A stretch of DNA of 63,914 nucleotides, filler included, from Folioceros fuciformis (taxonomy: Eukaryota): NCBI GenBank assembly GCA_049999805.1. It is 5 parts of 5 records of this genome, joined end to end, with 100 filler letters (N's around TTAATTAATTAA, not from the genome) between each part and the next. Parts side by side here need not be neighbours in the genome. Positions count along the whole stretch, not along the records: positions 1 to 24,896 come from JBNGIO010003131.1; 4 more parts are not named here. One strand, 5' to 3'. Shown here one piece after another: positions 1-12,499 of this stretch. The position numbers and the translations under genes are program-made. The notes below the pieces were generated by a model that worked only from the letters and a program-made list of their open reading frames with translations, did not search any database and was not told the origin of the DNA. Within the stretch, counting starts at the first letter, position 1; every line of letters starts with the position of its first letter.

Positions 1-458
1 AGGTCACTCACTACCAAGCGGACACCATATTACCTTATGTATGGTATGTCGCCAGTGATGCCCATCGAGTTTGAGGTACCAACCTACCGAATCATGGAGG
101 AAGAAAGGATGAGTGCAGTGGATAGTCAACTAGCTCGATTGAAGGGGTTCATGGAGTACGAGGAATAGAGGGAAGGGGCAGTGTGCAAGAGACTTTGCGC
201 ATACAAGAACAAAGGAAGAGGAGGCATGACGCAAAACTCCGGAAGCGAGACGAGTTAGCACTAGGGGACTCAGCCCTCCTGTATGATAGCCGATATATAG
301 ACTTTCTAGGGAAGCTTCGCCTACGATGGATGGGGCCTTATGAGGTAGTCCGAGTGTATGACAATGGATCAGTACAACTCAAGGAGTTGGGAGGGGGCTG
401 GCTGCCGACAAGAGTGAATGGATGGAAGGTGAAGAAATATTGGCAGCCTCATCATTAG
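1..458 (+). mobile_element. Ty3/gypsy (Athila/Tat-like) integrase C-terminus, degenerate and truncated by the window edge
   Basis: Frame 1 reads RTPYYLMYGMSPVMPIEFEVPT and hits a stop at about 166. After a frameshift it continues GKLRLRWMGPYEVVRVYDNGSVQL..RVNGWKVKKY, the GPY/F module. Confidence 0.85.
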
Positions 459-1877
459 ATGTTTGCGGGGTCACAAACAATTGAGAAGGGAGGCATGCGG
501 AATGCGGGTTTTTGGCAAGTACCCGCAGTAGGTAGCGAGCGGCTAATAACATTTTCAATTTTGTTTGGTCTTGGTTTGGTAGGTTAGATGAGTGGCGATA
601 ATAAGGGGTAGTATTATAAAGAAGTTACCTTCTTTGGGATGGCTACCTATAACGAAGTATGCCCACGTAGGGAGGATATCTATGTGGGAGGTAGTACCTA
701 AATAAGAAATATAGTTGTGAAAGGCAACCTACCTACAGAAAAGGGGACACTTCTGTAGGGTATCTATTAAGGGCAATTACTACATATAGAAGTATACCTA
801 CGACAAGAGGGTATTTAAAGGGGTCCCTACCTAAGGTGTCCCATCAACGAAGGGTGCTCACCTCCACGTAGGGAACTACATCTACCTACATAGTGGGGAA
901 CAAGGAAGTAGCTGTGCGACAAGACACCTACGCCGGGGGCCTTCTTGTTGTGACCAAGCGGACTCAGAGCGAGAGAAAGGGCTTTGCTGTGGTGAGAGCC
1001 ATAGGGAGGAACAGTGCAGGGGACGTGAAATCAGCTGGATAGAAGCTGGGAGCAGTTGCCTACGGAGGTAGGGGTATAACCTTGCGTAAAGGAGGGCAAT
1101 CGACATTCTTGGGGTTTTAGTCCATCAACTATGGCGCGGACCTCCAACAATACTCAGGTGGGTTCTGGCAGTAGGGGATGACCCATAAGGGCAGCCAGCT
1201 CTCCCCGAACCAATGTTCCGTCCTTTTCCTGCTTTGGGGGCCAACTGAACTCCAAGGATTTGTGTTCGCGTATATTCCCGCATACAGCCGTATATAGGCA
1301 TATAAATAAACATAAATACGAAGCGACGCATTAGTCATGAGGCCATTGGGTAGGTGGTCGAAACGGTGTGCCAGTGGGTATTAAAGATGTTTTTGTACAT
1401 AAGTTTAATTAATTGTCTTATTGCTCGATAACAACAAGTGGACTACTCCCTAGCCTACTCTCTGATTGGTTTTCAATTTGATAGACCTACGGACTTGGGC
1501 ATGTGACGCAAACATCTAGCTTGACTGGATATATGGCAGATATTGGTCGTATGTTCATGAAGGCTTGGTGAAGGAGTGCTATACCAACCTACAGCAATCG
1601 AAGGAGGAGTTGGAAGCCCTACCTGAACGAAACGCAAGGACTGGCCCTCGGTGTTGGACTATCCGGAGCATTCGACAGGTGTACGGAAGGTCGGAAGAGG
1701 GGAGAGATAGACGTATCTAACCAGGCTTAGAGGGGAGCGATTCCGGGGAAACCTACAACGACCGTGGGATTGATGTGGGATTGATGTGTCCACGATACAT
1801 GTGAGCGGGTGCCTAGTAGGGATACCATACCCGCTTGCCCACATCTCACCGTCTTCGTTCTATCCGGAACGTTTACA

Positions 1878-1889
1878 TGGTATCAAAGC
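1878..1889 (+). promoter_or_regulatory. Primer-binding site (tRNA-iMet) of copia element 1
   Basis: TGGTATCAAAGC (1 mismatch to TGGTATCAGAGC) directly follows ...TTACA, a plausible LTR 3' end, and lies upstream of gag. Confidence 0.75.
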
Positions 1890-4311
1890 CCATGCTCTTC
1901 ATCTCAGCAACTTCCATGCAAAATGCCTAGGCAGGGAGCGTCTACTAGGAATGCACGTAATCTAGACACAAATAGGAGAGCTCATCGTGCACGACAAGTC
2001 TCCAATTCCTTTGTACCACTAGATACCATGCTAGACCTATACGATCAGAACTACCCAGAAATTTGCCTTAAACGTTTTGCACAAACCCATTCTAGTGGGA
2101 GATTAAGAGCTCAAAGTGCACATAGAAAGCCAATTAAGGATAGATTATATAAAGCACGTTGTCAACAAAGGGGACATAATCACAATCTACGCTACGAAGC
2201 ACGTGAATTGCCCCCTATCGAGTCTCTCTTCCAACCTAGAACCACAGCAACACAACGTAATTAGCAAATAGATAGAAATTCAATTCCACAAACTAGCCAA
2301 GGCATTGCTGACAGGGCCTTGCCCACAATGACTCATGTGGAGAGGACTCTGTCACGTTTGCTGTCAAACTAGGAAGTGCTGAAGATCAGAGTTGACGATA
2401 TGAAGACGGAACCACGAACAGCTGATCAAATCCCTTGGTTTTTCAAAGCGAAGCTACAAATAATCAAGAATCTTGTGGCTTCTATCACACAACAATTGTG
2501 TGATCTGCACACTGCAACACGAGGGAGCATTGTACAAACCCAAGACGAGGGAGAATTCAGCCTACCAATTTTGTCCTCGGCTAATGGCTTGCAAAGCTGA
2601 AATTTCCGCTGCACAACACAAGCGGGAGCGCCCTGCACCAACACGGGAGGCCATCAGGATCTGAAGCGCTGCAACCAAATTGGTGCCCTTTCACAGCATT
2701 GTGTCCCTTGCACGTTGATAGGTTCTTTAGAAGAGTTGCACCTGTTTAGCAGACCAGGACATGGCAGTTAGGTCAAGAAATGAAACGTCATTACCCTCCT
2801 TTCTCTAAACTAACCTGCATAACGTTTGGCCAAGTGTTAAACTAAACCATGAAGACTTTGATGAGGAGGTTAGCAAGAGAAGGCTAGGATAAGTCTCTAT
2901 CCTTTCCTCCTCCTGCTACCCCCCCAGCAAATCATCCCTGCACTCTTGGTCAGTTTGAGATCAAAACATGATGCATGACCTAACATGAATGTTGCAAGAT
3001 ATTTAGGTATACCAGCATCATCTTGAAGCCGTAGCTTTCAGGTGTTCTATTAGATCTGCATGTCCATTGCACAAATCGATGCACTAGCTCAACAGTTTGG
3101 TCAGTTTAACATTAGACACAAGCCAAAGCCGAATCCCAAACCCATAAAAATGTCTGGTCCAACCTTTACCTCTGAGCTAAAGGAGAAAGAAAGATCGTTT
3201 CAATGGGAACCAATATCATGTTTGGCGTGTTCGCATCAAGGCCATCCTGCTGGCGCGAGGTGTCTGGAACATTGTGGATAGAACTTACGCAAAACCAAAC
3301 CCTACTGCCACTGGAGGAAAGAAGCCGACAACTAACGACATTGCCAAGTGGGACCTCCACATCAACATTACTGTTGCTCTCCTAATCAATGGCCTGGACG
3401 TGGACCTTGTGCCAGATGTCGAACATCTCACAGATGCTGCTGACATATGGGATCAGCTGGAGAGGATATATAAAAGTCAAAATATGATGAGTCTCTGTGC
3501 CATACAGACAGAGCTGTACACATTGAAGATGAGGGAGGGAGACAAGATCTCGGCACATACAAGCCGATTTTGTCAACTACAAGCACAGATTACCTCGCTG
3601 ACTAGCGAAAAGATACCTGAGTCACAGGTTGTGGCAAGGTTACTTTCTAGCCTGCCCCCATCTTATCAAGCTTTCGTCACAACATAGAATGGACCTGTCA
3701 AACCTAGTCAAGCTACTAGAGGTTCTGCAAGCACAATCACATGTGAAGATGTGATTGGTGCTTTGTACCAAGAGGAGCAGTCCCGTTTGAATTCTGCTAG
3801 TGTATTGTGGAGTGGTACTTGCACCCAAGAACCACCAAGGGCCACACTTCCCCCTTATTATCGTCGTAGCACTAGGGTTCGCTCCCAAAGGAGTGAACTA
3901 GTGTGAAGGTTCCCCACAATCTTCCCCACATTGCCCAAATCTAATCCTATCTATCAGCCGGCTCCTAGACCTAACCACACTACAGCAAAAAGATCAGAAC
4001 CCTGTCTTTAACACCAACCACAACCCCAGTTGAATGAGGACTCAGCATCATCCTCAGCTCCCACTTCCAGCTCCTGGTATCAGCCTCCTCAGCAGCTGAG
4101 AGGAGGCCCTAGCTCTGGCCTCGACCTCCACTCTCATTCCTAAATGCTAGCCACCTCAACAGCTGATTGAGAACTTCAGCCCCAGCACAACAACTCCAAA
4201 CTCCAGACCTCAAGTCTCTACTCCAGCACTCGAAGTCTCTACTCCAGCACTTCTCCAGCACTTCAAATCTCTGCTCCAGCACTTCAACTCTTCAGCCCCT
4301 TCACCATCACA

Positions 4312-4807
4312 TCTCACTCCTAGATTTTGGAACACAACAGCCCCTCACTTGCAGTCCTTGAGGCAGGGATGTGCAGACCCAGGCTGGATAGCCTCCTTGG
4401 CTCACAGCCCTGCAATCCATCACCTTGGAAACCCCTTAGGGACGTCAAGGTACCCCAACCACCCAACCAACCTGCAAGAAAGGTCAGCCCCTGCGGATCT
4501 GGCCACCCAGACCTTAGCGATTTTGGGAGCCGCCACGTTCCCCTAGTGGCATGGGGAATCAAGGCTGAGGTGCATCTGCACACTGGATTAATCCCTCTAA
4601 CCCTGCTGCAGCCTGCACACAAGGTCAAGGGCATTCTTCACCAAAAAAAGCCTCCCCCTCAATGAAAGGCCTGGCCTCTTATACTCCCTTGGCCAGGAAC
4701 CCCTGTCACTGCCTAACCAGGTCAGCGCGCCTCATACAGAACACTCCACTCGTCAAAACCCTAAACCTAACTCCGACCTAATCCTAACCCTAACTTTGAC
4801 CTAACCT
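4312..4807 (+). repeat. About 0.5-kb dispersed repeat, second copy at 62350-62837; ends in telomere-like CCTAA/ACCCTAA units
   Basis: Direct visual alignment of the two copies; the ORF track gives near-identical translations (4327 vs 62364; 4320 vs 62351). Confidence 0.9.
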
Positions 4808-5079
4808 TGCTCGAATCTAGGGGTGACAAGAACAAACATCGAGGGAACCCCCTCATTCACCAAGGGAACCTCCTACACAAGTCGACCAGCCACACCCCAT
4901 GTATCATGGCATATATTGTCTCCTTGGTACTGTCTGGGGTAGGAATTACATGGCTTGCATGCCCCTCAGTGCCCTTTGCCACAGCGATCGAGTTGCTCAC
5001 AAGGAATAAACCCCCCTGGGCTTCCCCTCGCTAGTCACAAGCAACGCCTACACATCGACCCTCCCTCTACTTGGCCAAC

Positions 5080-7600
5080 CTGATCTCCACATGCCCCACA
5101 AAACCCCTGCCATCTACCTGCTACTTGCTTGGTTCCGGCCAATCTGCCCGCCGCCTAGCTGCCTGGATCCAAGTGCCAACCCCTTGCCTGGCCTGCCGAT
5201 CAACCCACCTCAATCCAACTTGCTCGCCAGCTAGTTGCGACCCAGCCTGCCTGGTCAGTTGGTCTAGATCTTGCTGCCTGCTGGAATGTGCGGCCTGGAT
5301 CCTGACTGGAATGGGCTGGCCACGGCGTGCCTTGGCGATCCGCGCAGGCAGCCACCCCAGCTAGCCCGCCTCCTGGATCCGGCACCTGCAACCAAATTAG
5401 TCCGTCCAGACTGCCTTGGCGACCCAGCCTCCAGCAGCACACGTCTTGCCTGATCCACTCCGGCCTACCCAAGCCCATCGGAGCACCTTGCCCCCGACTG
5501 GGGCCTCCACCGGGGCTAGCCACCACGATCCAACCTGCCACCTGCTGACCTCCAGGCTAGATCCACCCCAACGTCCTGCGCAACCCGCCAGTCAGGTCAG
5601 CCAGCCTCCTGCCTGCCCAGATCTAGTCGCCATCCGCTACTTGGGATCTTGCAGCCAAGCCGCTGCCTGGCTTTCGGATCCGGCCTCAGTGAGCCTGCTG
5701 GATTCACCCGCCAGCCAACAGGCCTTCCCCAGCCAGGATTCCCTCCCTGGCCAACTACCGCCTTGATCCGCCTTAGACTCACCTGCCAGCCATCACAGCT
5801 TGGATTAGTTCGAGGCCCGCCTGGCCTAGATCCAGCGCCGCCTCTGGCTGCCTGCCTGGCCGGCCAGCGCCTGGACCCTACTAGCCCAAAGTTTGGGCTA
5901 TCTGCCTCGTCGCCTCTAGCTACAGCCAGGCCGGTCCCCTGGCTGGCTAAATCCAACCTGCCAGGCCTGCCTGCCTTCCCCGACCACTTGCTCGCCCAAG
6001 GCCGACTGGTCTGCCAGCTTGCTGGGCTGCCTGGCGATCCAGCCAGCGCCTGCCTGAACGGATCCACCTGTGAGGTTGCCTTTAGCCGACTTACCATTCC
6101 AGCCATATCCGCCCCCTGTAGCGTGGCTGCTTTGGCAACAACTCAGCCAGCCCACCAATCTGGCCACGGTCCAGCCAATCAGCCTGGCTGCCTGGATCCT
6201 CCGTCCCCCAGAGGGTGCAAATCGGCCTCCTGCCTTTCGGATCCGGCTAGGCAGCCAGCTTGCCCGCTTAGAAGCCGGAGGCCAGCCTGCCTGGCTGCTT
6301 GAGTTCCTACAGCCACGTCGGTGCTTGGCTTCCGGATCCAGCCCCGACTACCTTGGATCTTACACCGCTCCCAGGCCTGGATGCAATGCCGCCACAGGGC
6401 TGCCGTGAACCCGCCGCCGATGTGGCCGGCCAACCAACCAGCAAGCTTGGCACCCAAGTCAACCCGCCTGCCTACATGCTGGCCCCTGGATCCATTCGGA
6501 TCCGCAGTTGGATCCAACTGCGGCCTGCCACGCATGCGGATCCGCCTGTTGGCTAGATCCATCTTCCGGCCTAGGCTCCACCGGTCTAGGCCTGGATCCA
6601 CCAGCCAGCCAGCATCCAGCCCGTCAGTCGCCTGCGATAGGCCGAATCCGCCTCCGCCCGCCAGCCTGCCACGACCAGGCCACCTGCCCAACCAGATGGA
6701 TTTGCTGCTAGGTTTCGCCAGCACCCTACCAACCAGCCTGGATGGCTCTTGCTTCGATCCACCTTCCTAGCTGCAAGCTTAGATCCGTTGCCAGGCCGCC
6801 CCGCTGATCCAGCTAGGCCTGCCTGTCGATCCGGCCTCCTGGCTGATTGGATCCGCTAGCCCATCTTCCCCCCATCCTGCTAGCCAGCCACCGCAGCCCA
6901 TCTTGCCGGTGCCTGATCTTGCTAGGCCTCTTGGAGCCTGCAGCCCAGGTGCCCTCTAGCCCTGACTAGCGCCTGCCACTAAGCCGCCTGGCTGCTACTT
7001 GCCCGGAGCTGCCATCGCCAGCCTGCCTACCTGATCTCCAGCAGTTGGGCCTAGCCTGGATTAGGCCTCCCCGGATCTCAGATCGCCAGCAACCAGCCTG
7101 CTTGGCCTGGCCGTGCCAGGTTGGACTAGCCACAGCCAGCCCGTCTCCAGAGTCGGCCAGCAAGCCACCCAGCCCCACTGTCGCCGCTGGCTGCCTGCCA
7201 TCTTGGTCCATCCCGTTGCCAGCAGGCCGGGCGACTGCCAGCCCCTTAATCGGCCTCGGACTCGCCTGTCGACTAGTCGGGCTGTCATGGCTGGTCCACC
7301 TATAGCCGGTCCGCTAGTCTACTGCCGCTGCTTTCCCAAAGGCTGCAAGCTGGCTCCTGCCTGCTGCCGGCGAGACCCCTCGGCCGGCCATCACCTGCCA
7401 TCCACCGGCATACTGGCTGCCTGCCTGCCAACCAGGATCCGACCAAGCCTGGCCCTGCTCCTGGCCTATCCAGCTGCCTACTCTCAGGATCCTCAACCCC
7501 CCGGCGCACTTGGGCTAGGCCATGGCAAGTCTAAGCACGACACCCACACGCCTATGCCCAACCCCTTTTGCACGCTCCCGAGGCCACAACTTGCCCTCAC
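5080..7600. repeat. GC-rich low-complexity tract built from GCCTG/CCAGC/GGATCC motifs
   Basis: Dense reiteration of short motifs. The many overlapping Pro/Ala/Leu-rich ORFs on both strands have no recognisable domain. Confidence 0.7.
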
Positions 7601-10600
7601 ACGCCCGGCTTAGGGCTCCACACACGCCGGCATCCCTCTCCACGGGCACACCCTACCCCCTACTTCACATTTTCCACGGCCACGAGTTAGCTAGACGATT
7701 GTTGACTTTCTAAACTGCACCACCACTATCTCCTGATCATCCTCTTTAATCTAGCCTTATCTAACATAGTTTCCTAATTACCTCTCGAAGGAATTCTATC
7801 AAAACTCCAAAAAAAACAAATACCACCCATTTTCTAAGAGGCCTATCTACCATGTGGTCTCCACATATACCTAGGAACAAAGCAAAAAAGGTGTTAGCTA
7901 TAGGCTTTCGACCTAACAAAAACAAGTCCAATGCAACACAACCTCCAGCAAGTGGCAAACCTGACAGTGGTTCGTCATCCTCCAAGAGACCAGGGAATTG
8001 TAACTGGTGCGGAATTGCTGGTCATTGGGCCTGAGAGTGTAAGAAGAAGAAATCTGGTGAACCTCAACGTGCTACTAAGAGTGTTGCGAATGTCACCATT
8101 AAAGACAGACAATCAGGTGACATCAAACCACCGGTGAAGATCCTCACTGTGTGTCTTGCCCGTTCTGTGCAAAAGGAAGGGAGATGGTACCTTGATCCTG
8201 GTGCAACCTCACACATATGCAAGGACAAAAAACAGTTCTTCACTCTCGATTCACGCCAGTCCACATCAAAAGTGCTTTTGGGTGACGAACAAAACAAAAC
8301 CAGTTTGCAAATACAAGGACAAGGTATTTGCAAGTTCAGTCTTCATGATGGATCAATTCTGAGCCTACAGGATGTGCTGTACGTGCCATCAATGGCAAAG
8401 AACCTCCTGTCCCTCAGTAAACTAATGCAGTAGAGGACCTACCACATGAAGGCTGCAGATGGCACAAGCCTGTTTTACAGAAGTATTGACCCATCGTTGT
8501 ACGTCTTCAAAGGCATTGTGGAAAATGATCTGTACAGGCTAGACATTTTCACACATAAGCAGGTAGCGGGTTTAGCATCCACATATACACAAAAATTAGC
8601 AATCATGTGGCACTCTCCTTTGTCATGTGAACCAGCACAAGTTGGTAGATATGTCTCTACAGGAATGTCATAAGGAACCTTTACCTTGATGGTTTAAGGA
8701 CTTCCCTTCCTGTGAGGCTTGCATCATAGCCAAGCAGAAGCAACATCCATTTCCACACCTGGCCTCATACAGAGCAAAGGCTGTCTTAGAACTTGTGCAC
8801 GCAGATACCCCAGGGAAAATCCAAGTACCTTCAGTAGGCAGTGCTTTGTACTACCTAAATATCATAGATGATTACTCACGGTGTACCTGGACGTACCCTT
8901 TACAATTCAAGAGTGATACCTTCGCCACATTCCAGGGTTGGTTTGTAAGTGTACAGCGCCCGACAGGAAATTCAATCAAGTATTTAAGGACTGATAATGG
9001 CATAGAATTCTTGAATACAGCCTTTGACGCATTCTTACATGAACATGGTGTACAAAGGCAATTGACTGTTCCATACACGCCACAGCAGAATGGTGTGGCC
9101 GAACGCAAGAACCAAACCCTCTTACCCATGACACATAGCATGCTTCTCTGGGCTAGATTACCTCAAAAATTCTGGGCTACATATGTACTCAATAGACCGT
9201 TTACCAGCTCCGTCCCTTTGAAGACACCTTTTGAAGCCATGTGGAACAGAAAACCAAGCTTGCTGCACTTACGGGTCTTTGGATCTCGTGCTTTTGCACT
9301 TATACTTGAAGAGAAGAGGTGGAAGTTAGACCCTAGGGCTCGAGCTTCGTTGAATATAGTGAAACCTCCAAGGCATACAATCCTACCTCACAGACAGCTG
9401 TTCTGGCCAGGTCTGTCACCTTCATTGAGCTTACACGCCTTGCTACACCAATTTTTCAGTCCCATTTGGATTATGAGGGAGCCAATTCAGTTGCTGAGGG
9501 AGAAAATCTGGAAGAAGAAACATCTGAATTTGACTTCCTAGATGACGCAGGCCCTAACCCAGCACAAGTGATACCGGCTTCAGCAAACCCTGATCCTGCC
9601 CATCCAGATCCATATGAACAGGACCCTGCTGACCAGGCACAAGGCTATGTAGACGATGTTGTAAACGTTCCTTGCAATGAGGACAACTTTCATGATCTGA
9701 ATTTCCAGGAAGATGCAGCACAGGCTGATGATCTAGGAGGCTTACCTGATGCTCTTGATGTGCTGGATACTGGACCATAAATTGAGGAAGAACCCCTACT
9801 GTCGGATGACCCTCCTCCAAGACGTTCCAGCAGGCACAAGCCACCTCCTGAAGAATGGAAGGAGCCTAGATACCAGTCCATCGATTTCCGCACATCTTAT
9901 GCTGAAGCTATACATGCTGCATCAACCACAATTGACTTGGAACCTAAATTGCTAAAAGAGGCTTTTTCAAGCCCTGAAAAAGACAAATGGAAATTTACGG
10001 TTGATGACGAGTTCAACAGCCTCGTCAAAAACCATACCTGGAAATTGGTGGACTTGACGCCTGACAGGAAACCCATCTCTTGTAAGTGGGTATTCAAATT
10101 AAAGTTGAATGACAAAGGTGAGATAGCCAGATACAAGGCGAGACTTGTCACCAGGGGTTTCACACAGGTCAAGGGACTAGACTACCAAGAAACCTTCTCT
10201 CCTATCGTGAGATCACAATCAATCTGAATGATTCTGGCTTTAGCTACAGAATATAACCTGGAATTGTATCAAATGGATGTGTGCACGGCATACCTCTATG
10301 GAGCACTAGACAAGGACCTCTATATGACACAGCCTGAGGGCTATGAAGATAAAAATCATTCCAAGAAGGTGTCCAAATTGTTGAAGACCATCTATGGTGT
10401 GAAGCAAAGTGGTCGAGTCTGGTACTTGAACATCCACATTTACCTCCTTAGCAGATCATTCAAATAGAGTGCAGCTGACAGCAATGTTTACAGGCTCACA
10501 AGAGGCAAGGAATATGTCGTGCTCGCCCTCTACGTCGATGATGTGATCCTAGCTTCCAGCAGCACACAACTGTTAGAAGAAGTGAAATCCATGTTGAGCA

Positions 10601-11746
10601 TCAAATACGAAACGAAGGATATAGGAGAACTGAAATTTTGCCTAGGTATCCAGCGAGTTCGTGTGAGATCTGAGGGGCTTCTAATGATACACCGGTACCA
10701 GTACATCCAAGATATCTTGACTAAGTTCAAGCTAGACCAAGCACGACCAGCAACTACACCCTCGGCCATGGGAGTTAAACTCACAAGCCTGCAATGTCCA
10801 CAATCTGAGGTAGAGAAAAGATAAATGGCAAATGTGCCCTACAGACATGCGATAAGAAGCCTTATCTTTGTAGATAACTGGACTCGTCTAGATATTTAGT
10901 ACTTCGTGAGAACACTCTCCCAATTCCTAGAAAACCCTGGGCGCGCGCATTGGGTAGTTGCCAAAAGAGTGTTCTGTTACCTTAAGGGCACCCAATGTTA
11001 TGGACTATGCTATAAAAGCAGTGGACAAGAATAGCTCACCTTAAAGGGATTCACTGATGCCGATTGGGCATCTGACTGTGATAGCATGAAAAGCGTTTCG
11101 ACATATTGTTTCCTTCTTGCGAATGCGGCCATCAATTGGAGTTGTAAAACGCAAGCCTCTATCGCCCTCTCATTCACAGAAGTAGAATACAAGAGCTTGA
11201 TTGATGCCTCAAAAGAGGCAGAGTGGGAAAGGACTTTCCTTGCATACTTGGGCCAGCAGTAGATGATGCCAACTCCTCTTTTGTGCGATAATATGTCTGC
11301 CCTGGCTCTTGTTGCAAACTCTAGGTTTCACGCCCGAACTAAACACATAGAGATACAACACCATTATATCATAGATGTGGTGGAGCATGCTGTTGTGAAA
11401 GTCGATTATGTCCACACAGATGAGAACACAGCAGATGTGTTGACCAAGGCCCTGCTCAAATCGAGACATTATCAGCATATGGAGGGCCTTGGACTCTATG
11501 ACCTAACAGGTTACATGCTCAAGGACGCAAAAAAGAGTGCACAGTATGTATCTGGTGGGTGTGTGGGGGTGGGAGCCTATGCTTTCTGATTGGTGATTGA
11601 TGCTCCTACAGCTTGACGTAGTTGTCACCAGCCTCCAACACTGCCAAGCCCTTACTTCCTACAAAGATCCATAGGCACATGTTTTAACAGACTGTCAGTA
11701 TGTGAGGGAGCACAAGAATCAAAGGCCAAGTAGGGCGGATGAAGCC

Positions 11747-12211
11747 TTACGTGAATTTAATCGCCCTGCACTCAGCCGCAACTTCAGAGCACTCTTTGAT
11801 ATGATTCAGCAGCGCTGCCACTGCCTGAAGCTGACCAACCAAGCTCATCTCTCCAAGTTCGTCCCGAGTCAGAGGCTGCTCTGCAGCCTCCTCAGTTATT
11901 TTTCCCCAGCGCAGTTGGCCCTCCATACTGACTGCGTACCCTCGAAGCTTTATGGATTGCCCAATAGTGTGACTGTCGTCCCAGTCGTCGGAAGGGACGC
12001 CCTTGTGCAATCTAGGGCTCTTCCTAGCTGGTGGTGGCGATGTTCTCTGAAGAGCAGGTCTCTTCCCCTTGGCCTTCGTCGCAGATTCGGCTTGCAGGCT
12101 GCTCATCTCGCTTGCTGTTGACATGGCGGTGTACAGCAGGAGCTGGATGACTGTGAAGCAGGTGAACTGGATGATGGCAATCAGGGTGGAGACGGGAAGG
12201 ACGACCGCCAT
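11747..12211 (-). CDS. Hypothetical ~154-aa ORF (hydrophobic N-terminus, basic SPPPARKSPR segment), probably a TE accessory ORF
   Basis: Stop-free ORF from ATG at 12211, lying downstream of the methyltransferase remnant on the same strand. No domain recognised. Confidence 0.3.
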   Translation of the reverse strand: MAVVLPVSTLIAIIQFTCFTVIQLLLYTAMSTASEMSSLQAESATKAKGKRPALQRTSPPPARKSPRLHKGVPSDDWDDSHTIGQSIKLRGYAVSMEGQLRWGKITEEAAEQPLTRDELGEMSLVGQLQAVAALLNHIKECSEVAAECRAIKFT

Positions 12212-12499
12212 CTTAAGGGCTTTGGCACATTTGCTCTCGAGTTCAGTGGGTGGTGCGTACCGAGTTCCCGACCATGTGAGTGCACGGTTTTTTTTAGGCT
12301 CATGAAGCTTAAGAGGGAGTGTTAGAATATATACGTATACGTACATATTGGGTAACCTACACTCGCTTAGGTTATTGTTTATAGACCGTATGTGATCATT
12401 GGACATTTGACCGTATGTGATTAGGTTTAGATATAAAAGACATATGAGACCCTTGTTATTAATTCAATCACTTTTTGTTCTGCTGTCGCCGTCTCCGTT

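Larger units (their letters stand above)
3806..7865. mobile_element. About 4.06-kb nested insertion (probable large solo LTR or non-coding element) inside copia gag
   Basis: Termini TGTGGAG...CTCCACA (7-bp inverted, TG..CA). Flanks TGTAT/TATAC fit a 5-bp TSD TGTAC with one transition each. Removing the insert plus one TSD restores the gag frame QEEQSRLNSASVPRNKAKK into the Zn-knuckle ORF. Confidence 0.75.
1878..11570 (+). mobile_element. Ty1/copia LTR retrotransposon 1, degenerate, interrupted by a nested insertion
   Basis: PBS; gag 3060-3805; Zn-knuckle CNWCGIAGHWA*EC ~7998-8040; protease WYLDPGATSHIC ~8185; integrase LRTDNGIEF/YTPQQNGVAERKN 8795-9400; RT KWVFK/YKARLV/QMDV/LYVDD 9937-10824; RNase H GFTDADWA..CDN..HARTKHIEIQHH 11040-11500. 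The INT-RT-RH order is copia. Many stops and frameshifts. Confidence 0.93.

Noticed and set aside
1129-1338. Antisense ORF in the 3' region of the gypsy element
   Set aside because: It is too short and has no recognisable motif, so it cannot be distinguished from chance.
4755-4810. Telomere-like AAACCCTAA/CCTAA tract (also 62787-62842)
   Set aside because: It is short, degenerate and internal to a dispersed repeat, so it is not a chromosome end.
5071-7713. Dozens of overlapping 60-217 aa ORFs on both strands
   Set aside because: These arise from GC-rich, stop-poor low-complexity DNA inside an inserted element and contain no domain motifs.
11560-11700. 3' LTR of copia 1 matching a 5' LTR at ~1440-1877
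   Set aside because: Only a short resemblance (AGCCTA..TCTGATTGGT) was seen, so an LTR pair could not be established by eye.
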